From Felis catus (taxonomy: Eukaryota), in contig NC_058368.1 of assembly GCF_018350175.1 (NCBI RefSeq), forward strand, positions 135,720,001 to 135,784,000: a stretch of DNA of 64,000 nucleotides. Reading direction: 5' to 3'. Positions 41,879-55,958 of this stretch are shown piece by piece (the stretch's first letter is position 1; each line of letters begins with the position of its first letter). The translations under genes and the position numbers were made by a program. The notes under the pieces were generated by a model, which ran no database searches, was not told the origin of the DNA, and worked only from the letters and a program-made list of their open reading frames with translations.

Positions 41879-42801
41879 CTAGGAAGGGCCAAAGAAGAGA
41901 GTGTTAGTTACGCAGTCTGACTCCGGCCTCACCTAAGCTACTGGTTACACCAACATCATACACTCACTTCTTACAAGCAGTGCATATGTAGACACTGCCT
42001 ACCAGAACTGCACAGCCAGAAAATCTGATAAAATAGTGGGTATCAAACGAGATAACAGATACTTAACATTAGATGAAATGTTACTGTATTTAATGTGGAA
42101 GTGTCCAAAGTCTGGGCTTCATTTGCTCAAAGAAAATTTGTAGGATTTTCAAAGAACATACAAATGCAAATTATTTGCACTTGCTAGATCTTGAGACCAC
42201 CAGATGGTGAGATCTCATGCATTAATGTCAAATGGACCAGCTATCCAAACTCTATTAGACTGCTATTATGAGTTTTCACAAGTTCTCAACCATTTTTAAC
42301 AAGAGCGGTCCTACTATATCCTGGAACAGAAAATCGTGACTTCTCCCCGACTTGTTGCAGAGTGAGGTGGTAGAGAGGGAGTGGATGTGGTTATAGGCTG
42401 CTGCTTTCCTGAACTAACCTAACACAGGTGAAATCTCCCATCTGCTCTAATCACAGGTATGGAGAAGCACCATTTTCTCTGTGCAGTTCTCACCCAGGAG
42501 CTCTGCCACTATTCACTTACTAGACTACAGAAAGTGCCCCTCTCAGGCCCATGACCTGATTTAGAACTTTGTCTCCTTCAAGCCACTACTTTAAAACAGT
42601 TTCTGCTAAGAAGGAAAAAACAACACATCTCTTAAAATTATATAAAAAGTTGATGCCATCTTAATATTCTTAAAACATCTTGGAGGCGCCTGGGTGGCTC
42701 ACTTGGTTAAGCGTACGACTTCAGCTCAGGTCATGATCTCATGGTTCGTGGGATCAAGTCCCACCTTGGGGTGTGCACTGACATTGCAGAGCCTGCCTGG
42801 G

Positions 42802-42850
<49 letters not shown>

Positions 42851-43450
42851 ATAAATTAATAAACTTAAGAAATATATTCTTAAGATACCTTAATATTCTT
42901 TTATTAACTTTTGTCATAAGGTGACTTATTACATAAGGGGTGTGTGTGTACACACATATAGGTAAAAACTTTCAAGTCTGTAGTCAGTATCTTGAAAAAG
43001 CAAGAGTGCTAGTATTAGCCTTAATACTATTAGAATACATTCCTACTAATGTCCCCCCCCAAAAACATGTACTTAGGTTTCTCAAATATGAGGTGCTCTG
43101 CCATTTTGTTTTACACTGAGTAGAAAAACAAAAGGATAACGGGAGAATGGGGAGAAATGCTTACTGGATACAGGGTTTTACTTTGGAGTGATGAAAATCT
43201 TTTGGAACTAGATAATTGCGCAACATTGTGAGTGTTATGAATTATTTACTTTTGAATGGTTAATTTTGATATGTGAATTTCATCTTAAATTTTTTTCATT
43301 AAAAAAACCGTAATGATGCATTTCTTGGAAGTACGTTACTTCTAAATAATAGCACTTTGTCTGTTGATACGTATGTTCTTAACATAGGACACTAAAACTG
43401 ATATTTTAACATATTCTTAAGCAATCATCAAAATAATGCTCTTCACTTAC

Positions 43451-43533
43451 GTGCATTTTCCGACTTCAGCATTTTAATTTCTTCTGTTTTCACATTCAGA
43501 GTTTCCTTGAGGACTGCATTTTCACAGTTTAGC
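43451..43533 (-). CDS. CCDC125: CCDC125 coding exon 6 (LNCENAVLKETLNVKTEEIKMLKSENA)
   Basis: cag| ... |gtaagt; 83 nt. Confidence 0.93.
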
Positions 43534-44502
43534 CTGGAAAAAAAGTACCCTCCAAATAACTAAAACATTAACATTTCATTGTTTTTGTTGTTTTAATTTT
43601 TTTGATGTTTTTATTTATTTTTGAGACAGGGGAGACAGAGCATGAGCAGGGGAGGGGCAGAGAGAGAGGGAGACACAGAATCCGAAGCAGGCTCCAGGCT
43701 CTGAGCTGTCAGCACAGAGCCCGACGCAGGGCTCGAACACATGGACTGAGATCATGACCTGAGCTGAAGTCGGACGCTCAACCGACTGAGCCACCCAGGC
43801 ACCCCTAACATTTCATTGTTGAATGAGAATATTTGTATCCCATAATCAGAAAACAAAAACCCAGATAAAATTTTTCCTACTTCAAAACAAGCTAGAACTT
43901 ATATGTGTCACAAAACAAAAACAATTTAGAGTGTGGTAAGATTCTGGACATACTCTTAACCCTTCTGTATACTCATCTGAGAAAGAATCAGAAGTATCTC
44001 AAATTAAAAAATAAAAAATAATAAGGAGGGGGGCTGCTGGCTCAGTAGAGCATGCGACTCTTGCTCTCAGGGTCATGAGTTCAAGCCTCACATTTGGTGT
44101 GGAACCTACTTAAAATAAAATTTTAGGGGCGCCTAGGTGGTTCAGCTGAGTGTCTGACTCGTGATTTTGGCTCAGGTCATGATCTCACAGTTCTTGAGAT
44201 TGGGCCCTGCATCAGGTTCTGCGCAGGCAGTGCTGAGCCTGCTTGGGATTCTCTCCCTCTCTCTCTGCCCCTCTCCTGCTCATGCTTTGCTGTCTGGTTC
44301 ACTGTCTTTTTGTGCAGACTTCATAATAAAACCTCTTTTGCTAGTTCTGCTTAATTGAAGAATATCCTAAAAGGCAGTCTACTGACAGGTGCAAATCTGG
44401 GTGTTTGAATCAGAATTTTCTGGATTCTGTGCCACGAAAACAAAATACAAAAACCAAGACAACACTATTAAATTGGCATAAATTAAGATTTATGACTTTC
44501 TT

Positions 44503-44730
44503 GGGGCGCCTGGGTGGCGCAGTAGGTTAAGCGTCCGACTTCAGCCAGGTCACGATCTCGCGGTCTGTGAGTTCGAGCCCCGCGTCAGGCTCTGGGCTGA
44601 TGGCTCGGAGCCTGGAGCCTGTTTCCGATTCTGTGTCTCCCTCTCTCTCTGACCCTCCCCCGTTCATGCTCTGTCTCTCTCTGTCCCAAAAATAAATAAA
44701 AACGTTAAAAGAAAAAAAAAAATTTAAAAA
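44503..44730 (+). mobile_element. Young Felidae SINEC
   Basis: TSD aagatttatgactttct on both sides; CpG-intact. Confidence 0.92.
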
Positions 44731-44754
44731 AAGATTTATGACTTTCTCTTGAGG

Positions 44755-46927
44755 AGGCACTTTTATGCATTGCTAGTAGGAATACAAAGTGGTACAAACC
44801 TTACAGACAAGAATTTGATAACATCTAATAAATCTACATATGAATTGACCTTTTGACCCAGCAATTCTAAGAATTTACATCAGAAGTACATCTCCCAACA
44901 ACACAAAAATATATATGTCAAAGCTGTTTACTGCAGCACTGTTTACAACCGCAAGATACTGGAAACAATCTAAGTGCCTATATATGGGAGAATAGTTGAG
45001 TACACTATGGCACATCCACACAATGGAGTGGTTTCCTGGATGTATTGTTAAAAAGGAAAAACAGTGCAAAAGAATATGTACAGTCAGCTGTTCTTTGGTG
45101 TAAGAAAGAAGGAGAAATAAGAAAACAAACATATCTGCCAATTTGTGCAAACAGAAACAGAGGAATGATAAATCAGAAAACAGTAACTGGTTATCTATAT
45201 AGATAGTGAGGGGAAGGAAAGATGGCAGGTTGGGAATGGGGTAGGGGCCCTGGGGGGAGAATGACATTTCTGAGTATACCTCAGAATAGTTCTGACTTTT
45301 GAAAGCATGTCAGTGTTTTATAAGATCAAAAATAGATCAGACGAGTAAATAAATCAACAAGGATGACGAAACAACTCTAAAACAGAATATAGATAAAAAC
45401 AAATGAACTTAAATGAATTGTATAACCACAGAAAGAGAAAAAAAACTAAAGTCAGTTTTGAACACTTGTTTTGACTGGATCCCCTCAGGCGAGAAACAAA
45501 ACTGCAAACAAATATTGAACTCTAGTTAGTAGGTTTGATTTTGCAATGGTGTGTATTAGCAATTCTAAAGCTACTTTCTGCATATTCTTTGACAACAAAT
45601 AAGTAAACATTGGGTGAAAAGAGCCAGGTTTCTCACTGGAAGTTACAAATATGGAAATGAGCAAGGCTCAAATGCACCCTATGGTGGTGGGTTGCAGTTG
45701 AAGATATGGGTGTGAACTCAAGGGTTCTGAACAGAGAGCGATGAAGAGGTAGATGTATATGTCAGTGTGTGCGTGTGCATTTCCAGTCGTCCTCTCAGAG
45801 GACCTCTTAGCAATGACTTCCAGTAGCCATAAGCACACCTAGCACTAAGATCTTGATTTCTAAACACCATTCCCCGCTAAAAGGAACAAGGAATCCTTGG
45901 AAAGATGCCAATATTGTAAGCATAGTGGCCTATTACCTCTTCTACCAGAAAGCAAGAAAGTGCTCCAACAATAACAGGGAGGTGTCAGAAAGCCACAGGA
46001 GCCAGCTTGAAGGGGCTCCCATTGACTGAAGTTGGAAAACTGTATGCAAAAAAGAAATTATGATAGTAACCCATTGAATAATGCAAGAAATCATGAATCC
46101 ATTTTGGTATAAACAAATGGGGGAGGAAAAAAGCTCTTAAAATGCCAGCAAATAAATACAGAAGGAATAACAGAATTAGAAAATTACCATTTGGCAACCG
46201 TCATAGTAATGACTGCTTCAGGCAGAATAAGCAGTGGATCTAAAACTAGTGGGTGAAAATCCGATAAATCACATAATCTCACAGCATCTCCCCACAAGAT
46301 GCTTACTAACCAGAAGGGGGAAAATAATGGCTTTATAGTGGAAAATGAGGGCAGATACCACCCCTTAACCAAACAGTCAATATTCACATGCGAGGAATGG
46401 GACAAATCCACATTGCAGGCTCCCTGATATGATGCACTAATAACACATTGTTTCAGTAGTAATAGTGCCCCAAATGCATAACCTGAATCGAGTTCAGAAA
46501 CACCAGACATCTCCAATGTAGTATATTCTATAACCACCCTGTCCTCCTCAAAAAATGTCAAGGACAAAGAAGCACTGATAAATGTTCCAGATGTTTTCCC
46601 CTTCCTTCGCCCTCCCTTACTCCTCATAGCTGTTTCAGATTAAAGGGGACGGAAGTTTAGATATGACAACCAAATGCAATGCGTGATTCTGGACTGGATC
46701 CTAGAACACAGGAATTTTTTTTCTTTTGATATAAGGGTATGTATTACTAGGATAATTAGCAAATCTAAATAAGGGCTGTAGGTTAAACAAGAATATTAGG
46801 AGGCGCCTGAGTGGCTCAGTCAGTTGAACCTCTGACTCTTGGTTTCAGCTCAGGTCATGATCTCAGGGCTTCGTGGATTCAGACCCCTCCATCGGGCTCT
46901 GTGCTGGCAGCACAGAGCCTACTTGGG

Positions 46928-46963
<36 letters not shown>

Positions 46964-47660
46964 CCTCCCTCACTCTGTCTCTCTCAAATAAACTTTAAAA
47001 AAAATAGAGTATTAGGTTAATGTCTTAATTTTGATCATTTTACTATGGTTATGACAGAGTTATGTCCCTTTTAATTTTTATTTATTTAAGTTATTTTGAG
47101 AGAGAGAACATGGGCAGGGAAAGGGCAGAGAGAGATGGAGAGAGAGGATCTCAAGCAGGCTCCCAGCAATCAGCACAGAGCCCGACAAAGGACTCAAACT
47201 CACGAACTGGGAGGTCATGACCCCACCTGACATCAAGAGTCAGACACTTAAACGACTGAGCTACCCAAGCGCCCGAGTATGTCCCTTTTTAAAAAACACA
47301 AACTGAAGTATTTAGAATAATGAGGCCTTATATGCAACTTACTCTTAAATGGCTCAGATATCTATCTGTATCCACATATGTAACTATAAAGAAGACAGAA
47401 TGTTAAAGCAAATGGGGTAAAGAGTTCTACTTTGGAGAATCTTGAAGATATACAGGATTTCTTTGTACTATTATTGCAACTTTTCTATACATGTTATCTC
47501 AGACTGTATCCACATATGTAACTATAAAGAAGACAGAATGTTAAAGCAAATGTGGTAAAGAGTTCTACTTTGGAGAATCTTGAAGATATACAGGATTTCT
47601 TTGTACTATTATTGCAACTTTTCTATACATGTTATCCCAGACTAAAAGTTAATAATAAAT
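44755..47660 (+). mobile_element. Old L1MC/MD-like 3' region with SINE insertions and a tandem duplication
   Basis: ttttgacccagcaattc; atgacaaccaaatgcaatgcgtgattctggactggatcct; ttctttgtactattattgcaacttttct. Confidence 0.7.
47366..47641. repeat. 138-bp direct tandem duplication (2 copies)
   Basis: Copies begin ctgtatccacatatg at 47366 and 47504; two mismatches seen. Confidence 0.95.
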
Positions 47661-48080
47661 TAAAAATTAGGTATTAAAGCCATCTATAATCCCAGATACC
47701 AAATCAGTTTATCAGTGACTGACTTTATAATATGTGTATGTTATAATTTAAAGTTACTAAATAGAGGCGCCTGTGGCTCAGTCAGTTAAGCGTCTGACTT
47801 CAGCTAGGGTTGTGATCTTGCAGCTCGTGGGTTCGAGCCCTGCGTCAGGCTCTGTGCTGACAGCTCAGAGCCTGGGGCCTATTTATGATTCTGTGTCTCC
47901 TTCTCTCTCTATTCCTCCCCTGCTCATGCTCTGTCGCTCTCTCTCTCAAAAATAAAGATTTTTAAAAATTTAAAAATAAAGTTACTAAATTCATACTAAT
48001 AAAAATTGCTTAAAAGATATATGAAAAACAAATGCCAATGATAAAATAACTTGGAAAACATGGCTCTTACATTGCTTTTT

Positions 48081-49745
48081 ATTTTTTTATGTTTATTTTT
48101 TGAAAGAGAAAGAGAAAGCAAGCTTGGGAGGGGCAGATATAAAGGGAGAGAGAGATCCCAAGCAGGCTCCATGCTATCAGGAGAGGGCCTGACACAGGCA
48201 GGGCTCGAACCCATGAACCGTGAGATTATGACCGTAGCCAAATCCAAGAGTCAGATGCTTAACCAACTGGGCCACCCAGGCACCCCCTAAAATTTTTTGT
48301 TGTTGTTTTTGTTTTTTTTGAGAGGGAGAGAGAGAGAGGGAGCAAATAAGTGAGGGGCACAAGGAAAGACAGAGACAGAGAGGTAGAACTCACCTAATGT
48401 GGGACTCAAACCCACCAACCAGGAGATCATGACTTGAGCCAAAGTCAGATGCTTAACAACCGAGCCATCCAGGTGCCCTAGAGTTTTTTTATTTTTTAAT
48501 TTATTTTTAATTTTTTTTAACATTTATTCATTTTTTTTGAGAGACAGAGACAGAATGTGAGCAGTAGAGGGATAGAGAGAGGGGGAGACAGAATCTGAAG
48601 CAGGCTCCAGGCACAGAGCCCAACATGGGGCTCAAATTCACAAACCATGAGATCATGAGCTGAGCTGAAGTTGGTCACTTAACCGACTGAACCACCCAGG
48701 CACCCCAAGTTTTTTTTATATTTTATTTTATTTTTTGTTTTATTTTATTTTTTATTTTATTGCCTAGCATTTTTTTAAATTTTTTTTTCTAAATTTATAC
48801 CCAAATTAGTTAGCATATGATTTCAGGAGTAGATTCCTTAATGCCCCTTACCCATTTAGCCCATCCCCTCCAGTAACCCTCTGTTTGTTCTCTATATTTA
48901 TGAGTCTCTTCTGTTTTGTCCCCCTCCCTGTTTTTATATTATTTTTGTTTCCCTTCCCTTAGGTTCATCTGTTTTGTCTCTAAAAGTCCTCATATGAGTG
49001 AAGTCATATGATATTTGTCTTTGACTAATTTCACTTAGCATAATACCCTCCAGTTCCATCCACGTAGTTGCAAATGGAAATTTTTTTATTTTTATTTTTA
49101 ACATTTATTTTTGAGAGAGAGAGACAGAGAGACAGAGTATGAGTGGGGGAGGAACAGAGAGAGAGGGAGACACAGAATCCAAACCAGGCTCCAGGCCCTG
49201 AGCTGTCAGCATAGAGCCTGATGTGGGGCTTGAACCCACAAACTGCAAGATCATGACCTGAGCAGAAGTTGTGCACCTAACTGGCTGAGCCACCCAGGTG
49301 CCCCTTTTTATTTTTAATGTTTATTTAATTTTGAGAGGGAGAGCACGCCCGTGCAAGCAGAAGAGGGGTAGAGAGAGGTGGACAAAGGATCCAAAGTGGA
49401 CTCTGGGCTGACAGAAGAAAGCCCAATGCGGGGCTTGAACTCATGAAGTGTGAGATAGCGACCTGAGTCGAAGTCAGATGCTTAACTGACTGAGCCACAC
49501 AGGCGCCCCTAAAGTTTTTTTTTTTCTTTAAGTTTATTTTGTGAGAGAGAGCGCGTGCAAGCTTGAGCAGAATAGCAGAGCAGGGGTGGATGTGGGGGGC
49601 GGGGAGGGGAGGAATTCCAAGCAGCAGGATCTCCAGTCTCACAGTGTAGAGCCTGATGTGGGGCTCGAACTCCCAAACAGTGAGATCATGACCTAAGCCA
49701 CAATCAAGGGTTGGACACTTAACAGAATGGGCCACTGAGGTGCCC
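48081..49745 (-). mobile_element. Stack of six SINECs and one L1 3' fragment (~48770-49075), all minus
   Basis: Enclosed by direct repeat cttacattgcttttt at 48066-48080 and 49746-49760. Confidence 0.88.
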
Positions 49746-50206
49746 CTTACATTGCTTTTTAAAATACAGTTTATAGGGGAACCCGGCTGGCTGGCTCAGT
49801 TGGTAGTGAGTGCATGCAACTCTTGACCTCAGGGTTGTGAGTTCAAACCCTACTGTGGGCATTAAACCCAATAAAATACAGTTTATTTATATTATATAAA
49901 AAGATAATACTAACAGAAAAATATGGAACAGTGAAGTGGATAAGCAGTAAGAATTTTATAATATTCACAGTTAGCTCAGAGAAGGAGAAAAGAAAGCCTA
50001 AGCTACATTTAAATTATACACACTTTATGGGGTGCCTGGGTGGCTCTGTCGAAAGAGCATGTAACTCTTGATCTTGTGGTCATGAGTTCAAGCTCCACAT
50101 TGGAGTAGAGATTATTTAAATATTAAAACAATAAAAATGTAAGTAAATAAATTATACACACTTTAGAAATTTCCAAAGAAAAAGTACAGAATAAAAATAT
50201 ACAAAC

Positions 50207-50292
50207 CTGTCATATTTTTGGGTCCATGATTCTTCTATATTTTTAAATCTATTCTGATCAAATTCTATTTCCCATTGCAAGACATTTATTTC
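50207..50292 (-). CDS. CCDC125: CCDC125 coding exon 5 ([29 protein letters not shown])
   Basis: tag| ... |gtttgt; 86 nt. Confidence 0.93.
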
Positions 50293-50994
50293 CTATAGAA
50301 AGAAAATAGGACTTTTCATGGAAAATTACTACAAATAAATCATTTCAGGACATTGTAAATAGCTGAAATAAATCATTTAATCATTTAACAGAAATAGGTT
50401 AAAGAGAAACTAATTATTGTTCAAAAAGAGTTTATGACATTTAAAAACACGTACAACATGCCTCTTTAGCACTCAAGAAGAGCTTTGCCAAAGCTTACTT
50501 ACTATGAGAACAATTTCACATTGTTTAGCTTCAAAATTTGCTTCTCAGAACCTAGATTCCTCATCACCCCTACCCCCAACCTATACAGACCCAGAAGCAA
50601 AATCCATTCCTGGGAGTGTGAGCCCAGGACACTCCCATCGAGGGAGGGTTCAGGAGGAACAGAACAAGACCTTCCAAGGTGACTCCTTACTACTATTTTC
50701 ATGACAATGAGGTGGTCAGAAAGAGGGAGGCTCTGCCAAGCAAGCAGAGAAGGAGCAAAAGAAAAGAAAATTTATAGTAAGTGTCAAGCTTCCTACTACC
50801 TTAAAATGAGGAAATAAAAGAAATCTTAATTGTTTGCCCATGTAACAATATGTTTTGGATTATAAGTTCCAAAAGGGACAGGACTGTATAAAAAAGCACA
50901 ACAAACAGACATCCATTAGTCTTGTGGTTTTTAAAGGAAATGCTATTTGAAAGCTTGGTAGTTTGAACAAGTCTACACTAAAAGTGGCAAATAC

Positions 50995-51072
50995 CTTCTC
51001 CAAGGATCTCTTTTGTTCCATAGTTTTTTGAAGCATCACTTGAGTATGACTTGTGGCTTTGCCAAATATTGC
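50995..51072 (-). CDS. CCDC125: CCDC125 coding exon 4 (AIFGKATSHTQVMLQKTMEQKRSLEK)
   Basis: tag| ... |gtattt; 78 nt. Confidence 0.93.
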
Positions 51073-51269
51073 CTAAGAAAAATAAAAATCATACCAGTAT
51101 ACATTAAATTTCTCATCACTCCTTTATGCACAGTAAGGTTCACATTTTTATTCTAAGACAGTAGAAAACCAGAGAATTTCCACAGAGACCACCTTTTATG
51201 GAGAATTTGATAGTTCAAAAGTCAGCAGATCTTCGCTCGGCTCTCCTGATGAATAGAGTGAATGAATGA

Positions 51270-51755
51270 ATGAACTTTCCACACAAAGACTGGTACATGA
51301 ACAAATAGAGCAGTGTTACTCATAACAGCCCCAAAGAGGAAACAATGTAAGTGCCCATTAACTGGTGAATGGATACACAAAATGTGGTATATCTACACAA
51401 TGGAATATTATTAGGCAATAAAAAGGAAGAAAGTACTGACACGTGCTACACCTTGCAGGAGCCTCAAAAACATGTTAACTAAAAGAATCCAGACACATGT
51501 CGTATCGTTCCATTCATATGAAATAGAAAAGACAAATCCAAAAGACAGTAAGATGACTGGTTGTCTAAGGTTGGGGATGGGAATGGGGAGGGACTGCTAA
51601 TGGATTAGAGGTTCCTTCTGGGGAATACTGGGGAAATGTTCTAGAATTAGACTGGTTAGTCTAATTAGAGATGGTTATCCAACTCCAGTAAGGATAAATT
51701 GTATGCTGAAAACAAGTGAAATTTATGGTATATAAATTTTACCTCAGTAAAAGTT
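51270..51755 (+). mobile_element. L1MB-like 3' end
   Basis: aaaatgtggtatatctacacaatggaatattatt...aggaagaaagtactgac. Confidence 0.78.
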
Positions 51756-51856
51756 TTAAAAAAATCTACGCCTTCAAAAAAGCTATTTTAAGCACAGATG
51801 CTTTTGTTTTAAAAGATAAAATCATACTACCTAAAAATTTAAAAATAACTTCTTAC

Positions 51857-51943
51857 CATGCTTTGAAGAATTTTCAGTGCTTCTTCTTTACCCTCAAGTT
51901 GTCTCTGAGACGCCTCAAGTTCAGTTTTTAAAATTTCTACCTC
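51857..51943 (-). CDS. CCDC125: CCDC125 coding exon 3 (EVEILKTELEASQRQLEGKEEALKILQSM)
   Basis: tag| ... |gtaaga; 87 nt; coiled-coil composition. Confidence 0.94.
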
Positions 51944-52246
51944 CTAAAGAGAGAAGTAAGATTAGTCTACCCATCTGCAAGACGTGCAACCCCAAATGTG
52001 GATAGTTTACATGTAAGCTCAGTGTGCACTGACTCTAAGCACTTTGACCTTATAAAAGAGGTTTGAAATTCCTCCATTGTTCATAAGTGGCCCAGGCAGG
52101 CTTTACACTGAGACTCTTACTATCCAGTTGTAACTAAAAGTCCAAATCTTTTGCTTTTATCCTTCTAGACCACACAGCCAATAATCTGAAAAAAATCTTT
52201 AGAGCACAAAAATAAGCACATGATCATCCACAAAGCTATAGTAGCT

Positions 52247-52699
52247 ATTATCGGTTGAACTGTCCTCCTCACCAAGTAAAGATATGCCCAAATCCTAACT
52301 CCTGGTACTATGAATGTGACCTTATTTGGAGACAGGGTTTTTGCAGATATAATCAGGTTAAAATGAGGTCATACTGGATTATATAGGCCTCAATCCAATG
52401 ACTGGTGTCCTAAGACGAGGGAAATGTGGGCACAGACACAAAGGGGAGAAGGCCACGTGACAGTAGAGGCAGAGACTGGAGTGAAGTGGCTATGAGCCAT
52501 GGAATGCCAAGATTGACAGGGGCAACCTCCAGAAGCTAGGAAGAGGCAAAGAAGGATTCTCCTCTAGACCTTCCAGAGGGAACATGGCCAGCTGACATCT
52601 TGATTTCAGATTGCTAGCCTCCAGAACTGAGAACAAATCTCTGTTGTTTTAGCCACCTATTTATGGTGCTTTGTTACAGCAGCCCTAGAAAACGAAAAT
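52247..52699 (+). mobile_element. MaLR solo LTR (MLT1C-like)
   Basis: gaatgtgaccttatttggagacagggtttttgcagat...ccagaagctaggaagaggcaa...ttgttacagcagccctag. Confidence 0.82.
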
Positions 52700-52719
52700 G
52701 GTAGCTTTCACCAGAAGTG

Positions 52720-52720
<1 letters not shown>

Positions 52721-52775
<55 letters not shown>
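52721..52775. repeat. (CA)27 microsatellite
   Basis: Direct reading. Confidence 0.97.
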
Positions 52776-52778
<3 letters not shown>

Positions 52779-53415
52779 GATGGGCTTCCTCCTTCCCAAA
52801 AGACAGGCACCCTGCATACAAATTCCTACTGCCAGCAGGGCCTCAGAGCACCAAGAATACTTTCTGGTCTTCTGATTTCAAAGAGGTTAAAATAAGTCAG
52901 CTTATTTCAAGCCTCACGCACAGGGAAGACAGATGGAAGGAAGTTTATAACTGTTCTCTCCAGGAGCAGATTAGAGAAGTAATGAAAGATTAGGGGTGAG
53001 AGGTGAATTGGAGGGCATGTTTACGTAAAAAGCTTTCTTGAGAGATGAGGATAAGAAACAGGAGGCCAGTTGAAAGTTATGAGCTTTACACTGTGGCTCA
53101 TGCAGAATATGTGGAAAGCCAACATTGCCTTCCATACAATTTTAGCATTACTTAAAATATCCATCAGTGGGCTATATTCTCATGAGAATTTTTTTTTAAT
53201 GTTTATTTAGTTTTGAGAGAGTGTGTGAGAGGGGCAGAGAGAGAAGGAGACACAGAATCCAAACAGGCTCCAGGCTCTGAGCTGTCAGCACAGAGCCTGA
53301 CGCAGGGCATGAACTCATGAACTGTGAGATGATGACCTGAGCTGAAGTCAGACACTTAACCGACTGAGCCACCCAAGTGCCTCATGAGAATTTTTATAGA
53401 AGCCACAGGACTTAC

Positions 53416-53474
53416 CTCTAAAGTATCATGAAGACGTTGCTTTAATTCGACATTTGACAATTCTGAATTAGAAT
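53416..53474 (-). CDS. CCDC125: CCDC125 coding exon 2 (DSNSELSNVELKQRLHDTLE)
   Basis: tag| ... |gtaagt; 59 nt, restores phase 0. Confidence 0.92.
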
Positions 53475-54206
53475 CTATTAAGGGGGAAAAAAAAACACTT
53501 CAATACATTCTTTAACTAGAATACAGCACATCTGTTTATAAAATATCAAATGCAGCTTTGTGCCAAGAGGAAAGAACTGTAACAAACCAAATAATGGTAA
53601 AAATAGGTAGCTTAAAACATTTCACAAATGAAAAGACACATACTTTTGAATAAAAAGACTTTAAAAAAAGGAATCTCTACTAAACTGTTGTTAACGAATT
53701 GGTTAATTATTACATGCAAAACAGTACTTAAAAACATGAATGTTGGTGAGTGAAATAAATTTTGGTGTTTGGCTTAAGTTTGATCAATACAGTGATATGA
53801 ATATCTAAGAAATAACCTGAATTTAATTTCTTTCCAAGGAGAATGACTAGAAGTCTCCTGTAACTTCAATTATTCTCTCCTTAATGTGATCAATTGACAC
53901 ATTAAACTGAGCTTCCCAGGAGCTTCATTTTCATTGTGGTCTCACTGGCAATAGAAAAACATTAAAGTGGTAAATTACAAGCAAGAAGATTAAGAAGAAG
54001 TAAAAGGAAGACAAGATTTTTTAGAAAGAGTATTTTGAGGGACATTAAAAACTTCTCGAAACAGTTTTTTTCTTTGCTGTTCTGAACTTTCACTATGGCG
54101 GTTTCCAACGCAAAACCTAAATCTTGGTTTTACTCTAATGACAGGGGCTCCAAGGAGGGACAAGTGCCACTGGTTTGGCAATGACATGTTGCGTTGTAGT
54201 AATCCT

Positions 54207-54665
54207 TGTGGTAGGCAGAGCAAGGGCCCTAAAGATGCCCACATCTTAATCCCCAGAACCTGGACAGACACGGCAAAAGGGACTTTTCATGGATTATCCA
54301 GGTGACCCCACTGTACTCACAAGGGTCCTTATAAGTGAAACAGGGAGGCAGGAGAGTCAGTGTCAGGGTGAAGCAGTATGAGAAAGACTTGAACAGCCAT
54401 TGCTGCCTTTGAAGATGGAGGATGGCGGCCATGGGCCAAGGAATGCAGGCGAGCTCTAGAAGCTGGAAAAGGCACAGGAATGGATTCTCCCCTAGAGTCT
54501 CCAGAAGGAATGCAGCCTTGCCAACAACTTGGCTTTAGCCCAGTAAAACCCATTTTGGACTTCTGACCTATAGAACTGTAAGATAATAAATTTGTGTTAA
54601 AATTTTTAAGGCATTAAATTTGTGGTGACTTGGAAATGACCTATTAGCAATAAGAAACCAATACA
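54207..54665 (+). mobile_element. MaLR solo LTR (MLT1D-like)
   Basis: tgtggtaggcaga...ctagaagctggaaaaggca...gattctcccctagagtctccagaagga...aataca. Confidence 0.85.
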
Positions 54666-55958
54666 ATATCCTTACCTAGGACCAGGCTAATTTGAGATAA
54701 AAGTCTATAACCCAACAACACAGGAGCTCATATTTTTACTGTTACATATTTATATCCCAGTGGTTTCCTCATATTTTTATAAAGGTATTTTAGCATCATG
54801 TACTGTTTTCAACATCTTGCTTGCAAAGCAGAACCCATCCTCTATACGTGATGAGGAATTAAAAGAATAATATATAAATAATTCCATGCTCATTTCAAGA
54901 AGGATTCTGAAAGATGGTGATAAAATCCCCATCTGCTACATGCTTTTGGCAAATCTAAAACCATGTTTCTTACATTATTTTCATGTTGTTCTAATTTGTG
55001 TCTGTTCCACTCTAGTGGGGGAAGTTTTACAACATGGATTACAAAAGATTCAGCCAGATAAAAGCTGTGCCACCATGTAGGCATGGAGTCACCCCTGGAC
55101 TCCCAGCCATTTTGGAGTTGTAACATTCTATCACAATGTGTTCTTTCCTTAATAAATGGCATAATTGATTTTGGGTTATGATAAATTATGATTCATTTTT
55201 TGAGGGGCACCTGACTGGCTCAGTCAATGGAGTATGCAACGCTTGATTTCAGGGTTAGGAGTTCAAGCCCCACATTGGGTATAAAAGTTACTTTTAAAAA
55301 AGATTAATTTTTAGAGGGAGGATTTCATGACATTCCTAAAATAACCAGAAGCATACATGTTCTGCCTGGAATACTCCTTCCCCAGATAAGTACCAGGCTT
55401 GGGCATCAGTTCACTCCAGTGTTCAAAAGCCACCTCCTTAGAGAGGTGACCCTGGCCTGATCCTTGCCTGAAATAGCATGCCCTGACCCCTCCAGATATT
55501 CACAATGCCTGCATTTAACTACTGGGAGATTTATTTTTTCTCTCCTCTACTAGAATGTGAACTGTCACATGGAGACTATTTTGTTCACTAATGTTGTTCC
55601 CAGAGCCTAGAACTGCCCCTGGCACCTAACAGGTACCAAATAAATACTTGAATAAGAAAAAAAAAAAAAAAAAGATAACGCACACCACTAAATCACACAC
55701 CCACAGAAGCAAGGTAGGTAATCACTGATATCACTAACATATCTGTATTAATGCAGAATAACTACTGTAGTTCAATTTGTGCAATACTTGGAAATGAAAA
55801 CATGAGTTACTTTTGTACTATCACCAATCCCAAGAGGTGAATAAAGATGAATTCTCAAAATCCACCACAGTGACCTATTGTCATGTGTTGCAAGGGTGAA
55901 GGCACTGATGAAATCCACAGGGGAGAAGAAGGAGGGAGAGGGATCGAGGCATTCTTAC

